From: Mobula hypostoma
Taxonomy: Eukaryota
DNA: 64,000 bases
Assembly (NCBI RefSeq): GCF_963921235.1
Contig: NC_086097.1
Span: 153,390,001 to 153,454,000, forward strand
Direction of reading: 5' to 3'
Below the pieces are notes generated by a model. That model saw nothing but the letters and a program-made list of their open reading frames with translations. It searched no databases and was not told where the DNA came from. Made by a program: the position numbers and the translations under genes. Below are positions 13,153 through 25,199 of the stretch, one piece after another. Position 1 is the first letter of the stretch; each line of letters opens with the position of its first letter.

Positions 13153-15265
13153 ACAATAAACTTGAACTTGAAAGATTCTTCGATGAAGATGTCACCACAG
13201 AGAGAAACAATATTCTTAGTCATTTAACACTTTAGAATCATTTGCTTTGCAACTACTCATGCAAGCAAATTGCAAAAATATGGTTTTTAATAAATTTGCA
13301 ATTCTCATTAGGGTGTTGCATATGCATTTTGCCATTGCTGATCAAGACAGCTGGCTTTCAGTGCAGTCGTCTAAAATATATGCAAAATAACAAATCACAC
13401 AGGGCTAGAGCAGAGCCTCAGCTCTCTTTGTTTTTAGCATAACTACATATTCATAAACAGCTCCAGATATTTCTAATTAATTTTGTATGGCATAAATAAT
13501 GCCTAATTGCAAGTCCTATTAAGTGGAAAAGTGACTGCCAGATAGCTTTGGATGAATTAAGAGTGAGAAGGGGCAAAATAAAATATAAAGATTATGACTC
13601 ACAATTAACCGAGTCCATTGATAGTGCATTAATTTCCCACACTATCTTTTAATTCAATCATTCTTTCAACATACAACCATGTTATTTGACAAAAAGTGCT
13701 GGAGATACTGTATTCAGCAGGTCAGGCAGCATTCTGTGGAGAGTGAAAGTGTGTTATCATTTCAAGTCAATGGCCCTTCATCAGAACTATGGTGTTGATG
13801 ACTGGCCTCATTGCCGGGTGAGTGATATTATGAGTGACTGCCACTGGTTAGAGCTGGCCTGTAGTACTCAAAGGGAAGTTGCTTTGTGATCCCGGCTACC
13901 CTTGAGTTGCCATGCAAATGAAGAAGGTACAAAGTACGAAGGAAATTCTGAATTCTTTGTTTAAGGGCAGCCAAGAAGAAAGCCAGTAGCAAAGTCATGA
14001 TAAACCAAAGATTTCATGTTCAGCCACTGAGCTTCATTCTTTCTGAATGTACAGGGAATTGAAGATTGTGCTTTTATATGTTTGTCTTTTTGTCCTTTCA
14101 TCACTCTCAACCACTCCGGTTTCTTTTCATTTCATATGATTTTCCCATGCAATATTTCACTTTCTATGCATGTTCATACATTGAATTGATTGTTCCAGTT
14201 AGTACATCATGGTTTGTCTCAATCAAGATTCTTTTGTCTGATTGATTGAAGAACCACTTCATTGATTTTGTAGCCCAAATACTCAGGTCACCTACAGAGT
14301 GCATTATACCGAAGATAATCTGTGAAAGCTGTGAGCTGCTATTCAAGAAACCACATTAGTTCTGTGGGCGCATGTAAGAGTAATGAATAGTGAGATCTAT
14401 TCATTTCTGGAGCTGCTTATAAAATGTAGCTGACAGTCTAACTTATGAGAGGCCTTTGTTGACTGCTAAACATAACTTTTATTGGGATATTTTCTGGCTC
14501 ATTTTGTGCCTTGGCTGAAGGAAGATTCTTGTTGCATCAGAAATCCTTTGTTCTTAGATTTTGTCAATTTTAATGCAGCTAGAACCTTGGCTGAAGAGAG
14601 AAACTTGGGTTGCTTAAAATATGTTTTTTTCCCTCAAAAATCCCTGAGAGAAATAAGTTGTTTTAAGTAAAGACCTTAAACCCACTGCCAGTAAAGTAAG
14701 CAATTAACTGCATGAACTTCCATTGCTCATAACTGACCACTCACATTTATTTACATTTATTGATGGATCTTGCAGGGCACTAAGTCATTAGGATAATGTG
14801 AAATGGTCAGGGTTTTGATATGGATGGCATCAATTAATTTCTGCCATCTGCCATCATGTTGTAAACAATGCATTTCTCTGTCACATGCTAAAAGGATTTC
14901 AAAAGTGCTAATGAAACGTTGTTTCCCTGATATTAAGATAAGGGTAAGTAAAGGAATTTAATTCTAATGATGTTCAGTGTGAAAATGGCTCCAAACATTG
15001 GTTAGACCATATTTGGAGTGCAGTTATTTGGGCCATCGTTCATTTGGGACAACTCTTAAAGAACAAAAATTAATTGAGAAAATAGCTGTGGTTCCCTTTG
15101 TTTAATTGGGACAGAAGACTGTTGCTGAACAGATTCAGTTAGCACCAGTCACGTATACTTGTGTAGATCTACAATATGCTTAGAAAGAACATTTTTTTAA
15201 TAGAAACATACATCAAAGTTGCTGGTGAACGCAGCAGGCCAAGCAGCATCTATAGGAAGAGGCGC

Positions 15266-15301
15266 AGTCGACGTTTCAGGCCGAGACCCTTCGTCAGGAC
15301 T
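15266..15301 (-). ncRNA. Minimal hammerhead ribozyme motif (PLE-associated)
   Basis: AGUC-CUGACGA-AGG(GUCUCGG)CCU-GAAA-C-GUC-GACU: intact core, stem I AGUC/GACU, stem II, and palindromic ACGU in place of helix III. Confidence 0.8.
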
Positions 15302-15595
15302 AACTGAAGGAAGAGTGAGTAAGGGATTTGAAAGCTGGAGGGGGAGGGGGAGATGCAAAATGATAGGAGAAGACAGGAGGGGTAGGGATAGAGCCGAGAG
15401 CTGGACAGGTGATAGGCAAAAGGGGATACGAGAGGATCATGGGACAGGAGGCCTAGGGAGAAAGACGGGGGGGGGGGTGACCCAGAGGATGGGCAGGAGG
15501 TATATTCAGAGGGACAGAGGGAGAAAAAGGAGAGTGAGAGAAAGAATGTGTGCATAAAAATGAGTAACAGCTGGGGTACGAGGGGGAGGTGGGGC

Positions 15596-17446
15596 CTAGC
15601 GGAAGTTAGAGAAGTCAATGTTCATGCCATCAGGTTGGAGGCTACCCAGACGGAATATAAGGTGTTGTTCCTCCAACCTGAGTGTGGCTTCATCTTTACA
15701 GTAGAGGAGGCCGTGGATAGACATGTCAGAATGGGAATGGGATGTGGAATTAAAATGTGTGGCCACTGGGAGATCCTGCTTTCTCTGGCGGACAGAGCGT
15801 AGATGTTCAGCAAAGCGGTCTCCCAGTCTGCGTCGGGTCTCACCAATATATAAAAGGCCACATCGGGAGCACCGGACGCAGTATATCACCCCAGTCGACT
15901 CACAGGTGAAGTGATGCCTCACCTGGAAGGACTGTTTGGGGCCCTGAATGGTGGTAAGGGAGGAAGTGTAAGGGCATGTGTAGCACTTGTTCCGCTTACA
16001 CGGATAAGTGCCAGGAGGGAGATCAGTGGGGAGGGATGGGGGGGACGAATGGACAAGGGAGTTGTGTAGGGAGCGATCCCTGCGGAATGCAGAGAGAGGG
16101 GGGGAGGGAAAGATGTGCTTAGTGGTGGGATCCCGTTGGAGGTGGCGGAAGTTACGGAGAATAATATGTTGGACCCGGAGGCTGGTGGGGTGGTAGGTGA
16201 GGACCAGGGGAACCCTATTCCTAGTGGGGTGGTGGGAGGATGGAGTGAGAGCAGATGTACGTGAAATGGAGGAGATGCGTTTAAGAGCAGAGTTGATAGT
16301 GGAGGAAGGGAAGCCCCTTTCTTTAAAAAATGAAGACATCTCCCTCGTCCTAGAATGAAAAGCCTCATCCTGAGAGCAGATGCGGCGGAGACGGAGGAAT
16401 TGCGAGAAGGGGATGGCGTTTTTGCAAGAGACAGGGTGAGAAGAGGAATAGTCCAGATAGCTGTGAGAGTCAGTAGGCTTATAGTAGATATCAGTGGATA
16501 AGCTGTCTCCAGAGACAGAGACAGAAAGATCTAGAAAGGGGAGGGAGGTGTCGGAAATAGACCAGGTAAACTTGAGGGCAGGCTGAAAGTTGGAGGCAAA
16601 GTTAATAAAGTCAACGAGTTCTGCATGCGTGCAGGAAGCAGCGCCAATGCAGTCGTCGATATAGCGAAGGAAAAGTGGGGGACAGATACCAGAATAGGCA
16701 CGGAACATAGATTGTTCCACAAACCCAACAAAAAGGCAGGCATAGCTAGGACCCATACGGGTGCCCATAGCTACACCTTTAGTTTGGAGGAAATGGGAGG
16801 AGCAAAAGGAGAAATTATTAAGAGTAAGGACTAATTCCGCTAGACGGAGCAGAGTGGTGGTAGAGGGGAACTGATTAGGTCTGGAATCCAAAAAGAAGCG
16901 TAGAGCTTTGAGACCTTCCTGATGGGGGATGGAAGTATATAAGGACTGGACATCCATGGTGAAAATAAAGCGGTGGGGGCCAGGGAACTTAAAATCATCG
17001 AAAAGTTTAAGAGCGTGAGAAGTGTCACGAACATAGGTCGGAAGGGATTGAACAAGGGGTGATAAAACAGTGTCGAGGTATGCAGAAACGAGTTCGGTGG
17101 GGCAGGAGCAAGCTGAGACAATAGGTCGGCCAGGACAGGCAGGTTTGTGGATCTTGGGTAGGAGGTAGAAACGGGAAGTGCGGGGTGTGGGAACTATAAG
17201 GTTGGTAGCAGTGGATGGGAGATCCCCTGAGCGGATAAAGTCGTTGATAGTGTGGGAGACAATGGCCTGGTGCTCCTTGGTGGGGTCACAATCGAGGGGT
17301 AAATAAGAGGAGGTATCCGCGAGTTGTCGCTGTGCCTCGGCAAGGTAGAGGTCAGTACGCCAGACTACAACAGCACCCCCTTTATCAGCGGGTTTAATAA
17401 TAAGGTTAGGATTAGTGCGGAGGGAGTGGAGAGCAGAGCGTTCCGA
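15596..17446 (-). CDS. PLE reverse transcriptase–GIY-YIG endonuclease, partial (616 sense codons, no start codon)
   Basis: Manual translation extends the 453-aa track ORF 163 codons upstream with no stop. Motifs: IKPADKGG, LPKIHK…GRPIVS, MDVQSLYTSIP, GVAMG, RYIDD, FLDL, VIYCVRCSRCGLLYIGET…RFAEH. Confidence 0.92.
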   Translation of the reverse strand, partial: SERSALHSLRTNPNLIIKPADKGGAVVVWRTDLYLAEAQRQLADTSSYLPLDCDPTKEHQAIVSHTINDFIRSGDLPSTATNLIVPTPRTSRFYLLPKIHKPACPGRPIVSACSCPTELVSAYLDTVLSPLVQSLPTYVRDTSHALKLFDDFKFPGPHRFIFTMDVQSLYTSIPHQEGLKALRFFLDSRPNQFPSTTTLLRLAELVLTLNNFSFCSSHFLQTKGVAMGTRMGPSYACLFVGFVEQSMFRAYSGICPPLFLRYIDDCIGAASCTHAELVDFINFASNFQPALKFTWSISDTSLPFLDLSVSVSGDSLSTDIYYKPTDSHSYLDYSSSHPVSCKNAIPFSQFLRLRRICSQDEAFHSRTREMSSFFKERGFPSSTINSALKRISSISRTSALTPSSHHPTRNRVPLVLTYHPTSLRVQHIILRNFRHLQRDPTTKHIFPSPPLSAFRRDRSLHNSLVHSSPPSLPTDLPPGTYPCKRNKCYTCPYTSSLTTIQGPKQSFQVRHHFTCESTGVIYCVRCSRCGLLYIGETRRRLGDRFAEHLRSVRQRKQDLPVATHFNSTSHSHSDMSIHGLLYCKDEATLRLEEQHLIFRLGSLQPDGMNIDFSNFR

Positions 17447-17457
17447 AGCATCAGTTA

Positions 17458-17912
17458 GACCATAGGACCATAAGATATAGGAGCAGAATTAGGCCATTTG
17501 GCCCAATGAGTCTACTTCACCATTTCATCATGGCTGATCCATTTTTCCTCTCAGCCCCAATCTCCTACCATTTCCCCGTATCCCTTCATGCCCTGACCAA
17601 TCAAGAATCTATCACCCTCTGCCTTAAATATACATGAAAAAATTGGCTCCATAGCTGTTTATGGCAATGAATTCCACAGATTCACCACTCTCTGGCTATA
17701 GAAATTCCTCCTCATCTCTGTGTAAAGAGGATGCCCCTCTATTTTGAGGCTGTGTCCTCTGGTCTTAGACACACCCACCACAGAGAGTGTCTACATCCAA
17801 TCTATCAATGCCTTTCAGGATTTTTAGAATTTCTAACTTCCAGGTGGTACAGGCTCAGAGCCATCAAATGCTCTTCATAAGACAAGCCATTTAATCCTGG
17901 AAACATTTTCAA
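17458..17912 (-). mobile_element. CR1 3' fragment
   Basis: CR1 tail (GACCATAG/AAG repeats, GGCCATTTGGCCC, CATGGCTGATC) and C-terminal coding remnant. Confidence 0.8.
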
Positions 17913-18479
17913 GAGCATTTTCATTGTGTGCATTTCTGTTCAAAAGGCAATGGTTTTTGTCACTGATAACTGGTGAGAAATAAGCAGTAAGACAATTCAA
18001 AACTGTTGTTTTTAAAATTCAGGCTTCGAGATGCCAGGAACAGCTATTAAAACATTACAGAGTGTAAGTTTTTAAATAGCGTCAGTTGTATGAACTTGTG
18101 TTATATTATCTATTTGGGCCAACAGACACCAATTCATAAAGCAGTAATTTTTGATAATTTTATGTTTTATTTTGACTTTATACAGGAAGGTAATGAGGGC
18201 CCATTATCTTCACTAGGTGTCTGTGTAATTTTATCTATGTAGAGTGGATCAAAATAACATGGCAGCATTGAATTCTTCCATTGATAACTATTAGGAACTA
18301 ATACACAATTTTATAATACTGCAGTTGTACTAGTAGTGTTCTAATTTGTTCTGTATTTCATTTCAATGTATAATTTGTTACTCAGTTAAATGGTAGTTTA
18401 ACTGAGTAACAAATTATGCATTTACTGTAAATGAAATGAAGAACAAATGCAGGAAGGTTCTGGTAGTAGTTGAAATAGT

Positions 18480-18940
18480 GCAGGAAATATTTACCAGGAT
18501 TCTATTGGGTATAGAGGACTGTAGTTATAAAGAGAGATTGAACAGAGTAGGTTTAGTCTTACTATAAGTACAAAGCTGAAAGATGACCTTACAGAAGTTT
18601 ATAAAATTATGGGAGTAATGGACAGGATAAATGGGCAAACCTTTTCCCAGAGCAGGGGTGCCTAGAAGTAGAAGGCATTGGTTTAAGGTGAGTGAGGAGA
18701 GATTTAAAGATCTAACTTAAGTTTTTCGCTAAGAGGTTGTTAGCAAGCTGCCAAAGAAGGTGATAGAGGAAGATACAATTGCAGTATTAAAAAGGGTTTG
18801 TACAGGTACTTGGAAAGGAAAGGTGTAGAGAAATAAGGGCCTAATACAGGCATATAAGATTACTGTAGATAGGTTTCATGCTTAGCACGGACTAAGTTGG
18901 CTGAAAGGGCCTGTTTCTGTGTTGTAAGAGCCTGTGACTG
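18480..18940 (+). mobile_element. Old CR1 3' fragment
   Basis: Decayed C-terminal motifs and a GGGCCTGTTTCTGTGTTGTA-type tail. Confidence 0.65.
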
Positions 18941-19472
18941 TGAATAACAAATGAAACAAATTTGGAAAAAGTAGGACTATTCTTCAGAAAAGATATGGGG
19001 ATAAACTAATGATCGTTTTGCAAAGTGATAAGAATCTATGTTAAAGGAAAGTCTTTCTTGAGTCAATATCCAGGTTTAAAATAGTTGTTAAAAGATCCAG
19101 AGAGGAAATGGCAATAATGCTTTCTATCAAAGAGCTGACAGGATCTGGAATGCTCCGGCCAAAGATGAAGGAATGTGAGTCCAGAGTTAATTTTAAAAGG
19201 AAGAAGTACACGATGATGATAATGGAAAGCTTACAGAGTGATCATGAAGAACGGTGGGTGCAGAAATAAGTACTTCAAAGACTCAGCATTGGCACAAAAA
19301 TTTGAATAGCCTCTCTCCATTACTATATTTCAACAATTAGTGAACTGTTGCTGTATTTGTGCATTATCAATTGACTGCTATTAACCTTGGATAGAAACCT
19401 GTGGGTTCTTGGATTGAGTATGTGGCATAATAAGTTACTGAAACTCCAAGAAAAAACTAAGATATTGGACAT

Positions 19473-19678
19473 ACGCTCAGTTGCCACTTTATTAGGTACA
19501 CCTGTACCCCCATCCTCATTAATGCAAGTTTCCAATCAGCTAATCATGTGGCAGAAATTCAATGCATGAAAGCACGCAGACATGGTCAAGGGGTTCATTT
19601 TAGTTCAAGCCAAACATCAGAATGGGGAAGAAATGTGATCTAAGTGACTTTGACTCTGGAGTGATTGTTGGTGCCTGC
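19473..19678 (+). mobile_element. Tc1/mariner left-end fragment
   Basis: Begins (TA)CGCTCAGTTGCCACTTTATTAGGTACAC, resembling fish Tc1 TIRs. Followed by an MGKKCDLSDFD.GVIVGA transposase start. Confidence 0.7.
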
Positions 19679-19679
19679 G

Positions 19680-19990
19680 GTGTACTCAATATTTCAGTAG
19701 TATTTCAGTGATATTGTATATACATTGTTTGATTAAGCATTCTTAGTTTACTTGTATAATTCACTGTGTGTTATATGTAAGAAGTACGTGAATGGCTTAC
19801 ACTATTATGCCACCACATCCTATGAGACTGGCTCACTAAAAAAAAAGGAAAAAAAGACAAGTATCCCAGTTCCTGTGTTTTTCTTTCAATTAGTTTCTGG
19901 GGGTACAAAATACAACAGTGGCAATGAGGAAGTTTTAAAGTGAACATGAGATGACAACCTACAACACAGCAGCTGTTTTTTTCTTCAGAA
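19680..19990 (+). mobile_element. Gypsy-type LTR followed by a PBS-like sequence and start of the internal region
   Basis: Similar to the LTR at 47940-48169. Ends …AACA at 19917, then TGGCAATGAGG, a decayed TGGCGACGAGG-type PBS. Confidence 0.65.
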
Positions 19991-20129
19991 CAGGAGAGAG
20001 ATGTATGGATTCTTTAAAAAAGCATAGCATGTATTATTTTCTTCAGAAGGGGAAAGAGAGATAGTTGAGTTATAAAACAGACAGAGGACAAACCCTGATT
20101 TCCTCGCTGGCAGACCCCACTAGTTCTGA

Positions 20130-21211
20130 TTGGCCAAAGCATCTCCTCCAGGTGCATCACAAGGCTGTGTTGTTAGCCCATTGCTCTACTGGCTCTATAC
20201 CAATGACTTGGAGGCTGAACACAGCACTAATGGCATACTCTGACATCACCACGGTCATTGGCTGAATCAAAAGTGGTGTTAAATCAGCATATAAGAGGGA
20301 AATTGACGATCTGGCTGAATGATGCCCCAACAAAAACTTCTCACTCAATGTCAACAAGACCAGGGAGTTGGTTATTGACTTCAGGAGGAGGAAACTGGAG
20401 CTCCATGAGCCTGTCCGCATCGGGGTTCAGAAATGGAGATGATCATCAACTTTAAACTCCTCAGTGTTATAACTTCAGAGGACCTGTTCGAGGTCCAGCA
20501 CGTAAATGCCAAGACAAAGAAAGCATAGCAATGTCTCAACTTCCTTAGAAGGCTGCAAAGATTTCACATGACTTCTAAAACTTTGACAAACTTCTGTAGA
20601 TGTGTGGTTGAGAGCAGATTGATTAACCAGTTACATTACTACTTAGTATGGAAACACCAATGCCTTTGAATGGACAATCCTACAAAAGTTATGGATACAG
20701 CCCAGTCCATCACAGGTAAAGCCCTCCACAGAATTGAGTACATCTACATGAAATGTTGTTGCAGGAAAGCAGCATCCATCATCAGGGACCCCCACCATCC
20801 AGGACATGCTTTCTTCTCACTGCTGCCATCAGGAAAAACTTACAGGAGCCTCAGGACTCACACTACTAGGTTTAGGAACCATCAGGCTCTTGAAACAGAG
20901 GGGATAACTTCACTCAGCCCATCACTGAACTGTTCCCGCAACCTAGGCACTCACTTTAAATGACTCTTCATCTCATATTCTCAATATTTCTTGCTTACTT
21001 ATGTATTATTATTTTTAATTTTCTTTTTCTCTTTCTATTTGCACATTAAGTTTTCCTTTGTACATTGGTTGTTTGTCCGTCCTGCTGGATCTGATCTTTC
21101 ATTGATTCTATTGTGTTTCTTGGATATCCTGAGTATACCCACAAGATAATAAATCATATGGTGACATATTTATGTACTTTTTAATAAATTTACTTTGATC
21201 TTTAAACTTTG
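20130..21211 (+). mobile_element. Rex1/Babar-like 3' fragment, decayed
   Basis: RKAASIIRDPHHPGHAFFSLLPSG remnant; AATAAA followed by an (ACTTTG)-type tail. Confidence 0.8.
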
Positions 21212-21319
21212 AAAATATGGATGCTGAAAATTGAGGGAAAAAAGGATTATAAAGAAAATCTGTTTTTTGAGGGTATGATGTGTTGGCTTCAGATATGATA
21301 TGGCTTATTTGCCTTGAGA

Positions 21320-21690
21320 TTACAGATCATAAATTAAAATGCCATCATTGAGACTTGACTGCAAAACCTGGGCTCATATTGTCCTGCAGTACTGATGGGG
21401 TGAGACAGTGGAAAATATGCTGCTTTTTAGTTGAGAATTAAACCAAGATATGAAATGTTCTGTTAAGTAAGCAGAAAAGATACTGTGCACTGCTTTGAAG
21501 AAAAGCAAAGGAATTAAACTTGAGCATATTATTCACTTATTCAACATCGGTAGAGTTGTTTATTTAATCATTGTTCTATTACTGTTTAGGGAGAGCATGG
21601 GGTGCACAGATTGTCTCCTACCTCACTCTGGTAATTATAACTCGAAAGTACTTCACAATTTGATTAGAAATTATTATAATGTACATGACT
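21320..21690 (+). mobile_element. Ancient Deu-domain SINE (AmnSINE/SacSINE-like)
   Basis: TGCAGTACTGA…TGAGAATTAAACC…AAAAGAT…GCACTGCTTTGAAGAA…AAGTACTTCA follows the Deu-domain consensus as I recall it. Confidence 0.55.
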
Positions 21691-23850
21691 CACTTTTCTT
21701 TAAAGACCACTGTACTGAGCCAAGTAAGGCTAGCTGAAACATCATATTTTCACAAAAGAAGTGAAAATCCAGAGGGATTGCATTCCCCCAGTTTTCAGTC
21801 ATATACTTATGAAGTTATGAGTTAAAATTGGATTTTACATGAGAATGTTCCTCACGTTGCAAGTGGTACTTTGATTTAATAAGAATATGTTTTATAACAA
21901 GAAATGATAGATGCAAGTCAAAAACCTCTTGATCAGTTATGAACTCTCAAGGCGAAAGTATGAATAGGAAGCTATCTCTGAATGAATTAGGAGCAGGAAA
22001 TTCAAAAGGGTGTCTCACATCTGAGCTATTCAGCCCTCTTTGCGAGGAGCACCTCAACGTGGAGCACAAATAAAATACAACAAGTCACTCAAAGAACTCT
22101 TTAGCAAATGAAATCATCTTATGGACAGAAGTAGATTTATATCAAAAATATTGATTGAAGACAAAATTGAGCTGATGATATGTATATGCTAATTATACAA
22201 GGATATAATTATACAATACAATGGAATCTGCATAGATCAGGCTTTAAATTGATCCTACATGTTGAAAGGTGCCATGGCCAAAGTCCAAGACATTCATTTT
22301 GCTCACAGAAGCCATTTTGTGGAAAAAAGCCCGCAGGCTCAGCTATAAATCTTGCTGTTCTAGTTAATGAGCTTTTGGGCATTGTGATCTCCATTTTTTA
22401 GTCACGAGTAATTGCTGACATTTTCAGGTAGAGATATACATTTTATGTAATCAATACTGTGAGATTTGGTGAACATATTTCTGTGATTAAGTGAATTAAG
22501 GAGTCAGTTTTGGAATTAATAATGAATTGAAGAGAAAAATCTCATTATGAGGGATAATGTGGCATATTTTCAAAAAGGTATGTTAATTTATACGTGGTTA
22601 AATGTCAGTTCCAACAAAACTAAATGGAAAACAAATATAATGCTGAGAGCTTGTCAATCTGTTTATATAATGATTTTGTCTCACTTTCATATGAAGTGTG
22701 AAATTTGTAGAGTGATTTTTTTTATTAACTGAGAAGGCCAAAACATAAATAGAAAATTTCTAATTTACTTAAGGGACAGTGAGTGGTACAAAATCTTGAT
22801 TTGTCAAGAAAAATATGCTTTTTATTCTCAACAGGGCAGGCAGAATTTGTTGAAAGAGTAAAAGAGTTACCACTTCAGGTCAATAATCCTTCAGCAGAGC
22901 TGGAAATGTGAGAAATCGAGTGCATTTTAAATGGCAGGGAGAGGGAGGGATGCAGAAAAGGAAGGAAATGGCCATGATAGATAAGAGGTCAAAATTGTCC
23001 AGATGTCACAATGGTTTTCAAATCCATCTAATCAGGTGAAATCAATTCTGTTTAACCATAGCTGGAAGACAGTAAATAGAGAAGATAAATGTGACTAGTT
23101 AGGGAGAGACACAAAAAAAATCACAGCAATTATTTGTAGGATTCCATAGCTGTTGGAAATCAGAAGAAAGAAAACATTAGTTCAGTTGTGTGATAATGGT
23201 ACAAGCCTTATGTTGTGATGGATATTCATTTTCCAGGGCAAAAGAGGCTTATAGCTAAACTCAGCTTTCCAGCACAGCTGCATAATCTTTTAATACATAT
23301 TCTCCACTCAGCTTTTTTGTCCCAAGTTCTTAATGTAAGTTGCAAGTAGCAATCAGTTTGAAGTTGAAGGCACAGTTTTTCAAAGTAAAGTAACCAGGAG
23401 ACTTTTCTCAATTTGCCAAACACCAGACAACAAGGTTACAACACTTAGCACATCAAACACGGTTACAAGCTGGGATGCTTGTGTACTCAGGGGCTCACCC
23501 CTCACAGCATTAATTGTTGATGTATGGGACCTCTGTTTCCAGAAGCTTTTAAGACCATCTGTATTAGTTACTTTGTCCCAGCAAAGGTATCTGCAAAACA
23601 TCATAAGCAGACGATACCTTCGGAGAGAAAATAGCATAGATATCATCATAGCTTGGGGATTAAGGGCAACAACAAAGGAAACAGCAGAACGATGAGATTA
23701 CAGGAAAAACTAAACAGAGGACTTCCGGGTCATCAAGGGAATGGCGGCGTAAGGAAAAGGTCTCTCGACAAAAAAGAAGGTAAACTGCCCCAAAATCGAA
23801 TTTAGACAAATACTTAATATTGCATAACTATATTAATAAAAGGGGCAAGG

Positions 23851-24837
23851 ATGATGTCTAAGAACAAGAATAAAAAGTCCGCTCTGAAGGCTGATAAACA
23901 TAAAGAGATACAGCAAGGCGAAGGGCCTAGCTCTCCCACGGCAAGCCAGGACGGAGATAATGAGGGGGAATCGGTGACTTTGTCTTTGATTCTCGGAGAG
24001 ATTCGCGAGTTCCGACAAGATAACAGCAAACAGCTGGAAGATATTAAAGGAGAAATAGTAAAAACTAACTCGCGGATAGATGAAGCCGAAGCGAGGATTG
24101 TTGGAATTGAAGAGAAGCTACAAAATGCAGAGGAGGTGATAGCAGAAATGCTGAAGCTACAAGACCAACTCCAGTGGAAACTAATAGATCAAGAAGGTCG
24201 CTCGAGAAGGGAAAATGTGAGGATCTACGGAGTTCCCGAAGGAACCGAAGGTAAACCCAGATTGATGATTCCCTTCGTGGAGAAGCTGCTTAGAGAGAAC
24301 CTTGATATACCAGCCGCAAAAGACCTACAGGTAGAAAGGGCTCACCGTGCGTTGGCACCACAGCCTCCGGCAGGCACCCAGCCCAGATCGATTCTGATCA
24401 GATTTCTCAGTTACAGAACGAAGGAAGAGGTGCTTAAATGAGCATGGCAAAAGAAAGGTTTCATGTGGAACAACTGTAAAATCAGTTTAGACGACGACTA
24501 CGCACCAGGGATTCTTGCCAGACGGAAGGAATATACAGAAAAACGGACAGTCCTGAAGGAAAACAACATCAGATTCCAGGCCCTGTATCCAGCTCGGCTG
24601 AGAGTCTTTTACGACGAAGGGACAAAAACTTACGCTACGGTGGAGGAGGCAACGTCGGACCTGGCGGACCGGGGACTACCTATTAAAGTTATCACCCAAC
24701 CGGAGTCGCTACTGGAGAGGATTCGGCAGAAGTCGTGGCAGTTAGTGGGGCGAGGACGCTCCACTCGAACCAGAGTGTCAAACTACAAGGAAAAGCTGCA
24801 AATATTCAGACGCGAATGTACAGAGAATACAGATTAA
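23851..24837 (+). pseudogene. L1 ORF1p (coiled coil, RRM, CTD) with one in-frame stop
   Basis: EGRSRRENVRIYGVPEG, VERAHR and LYPARLRV motifs. ORFs 23851-24441 and 24463-24837 share a frame, with TGA at 24439-24441. Confidence 0.93.
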
Positions 24838-25199
24838 TTAAGAGAAATGACTGAAAAGAGTAAATCGGACTTAAAAGTAAAATGAAAACTGGTAACTGAA
24901 AATAATCTAGGCGGAATAACTTGAATGATAGCAATATGGTCGAGACATAAATAGGAGAAAATTCTCTATGATTATTCAAACTGCTGAGGGCCCTCTAACA
25001 CAGGGTGAAGATAGAGGTTATCCCTCTGAACTGAGGCGGGTCGGTGCTCAGGCCTCACTGTGGGAAGTCGGGGAAAATTTTCAAATGTTATACGTTCAGA
25101 AATGTCTAGGGTGTGGTTATATGTCTTGGTTTACTGTTGAGAAGGGATTGCTTACTGTTTGGTTAGAAAAGGAGAGTGCTTTTTCTCTACTAGATAAAA

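Larger units (their letters stand above)
15203..17448 (-). mobile_element. Penelope-like retroelement, young, 5'-truncated
   Basis: RT + GIY-YIG ORF, pyrimidine-rich 3' UTR and terminal hammerhead motif. Confidence 0.95.
15020..18420. mobile_element. Old DNA-transposon-like relic hosting the Penelope and CR1 insertions
   Basis: Flanks rejoin across the PLE (…TTTTTAATAG|CATCAGTT), and a similar motif recurs at ~18070-18090. Family uncertain. Confidence 0.35.

Noticed and set aside
15596..17446. Telomerase or group II intron RT
   Set aside because: The C-terminal GIY-YIG domain and terminal hammerhead identify a Penelope-like element.
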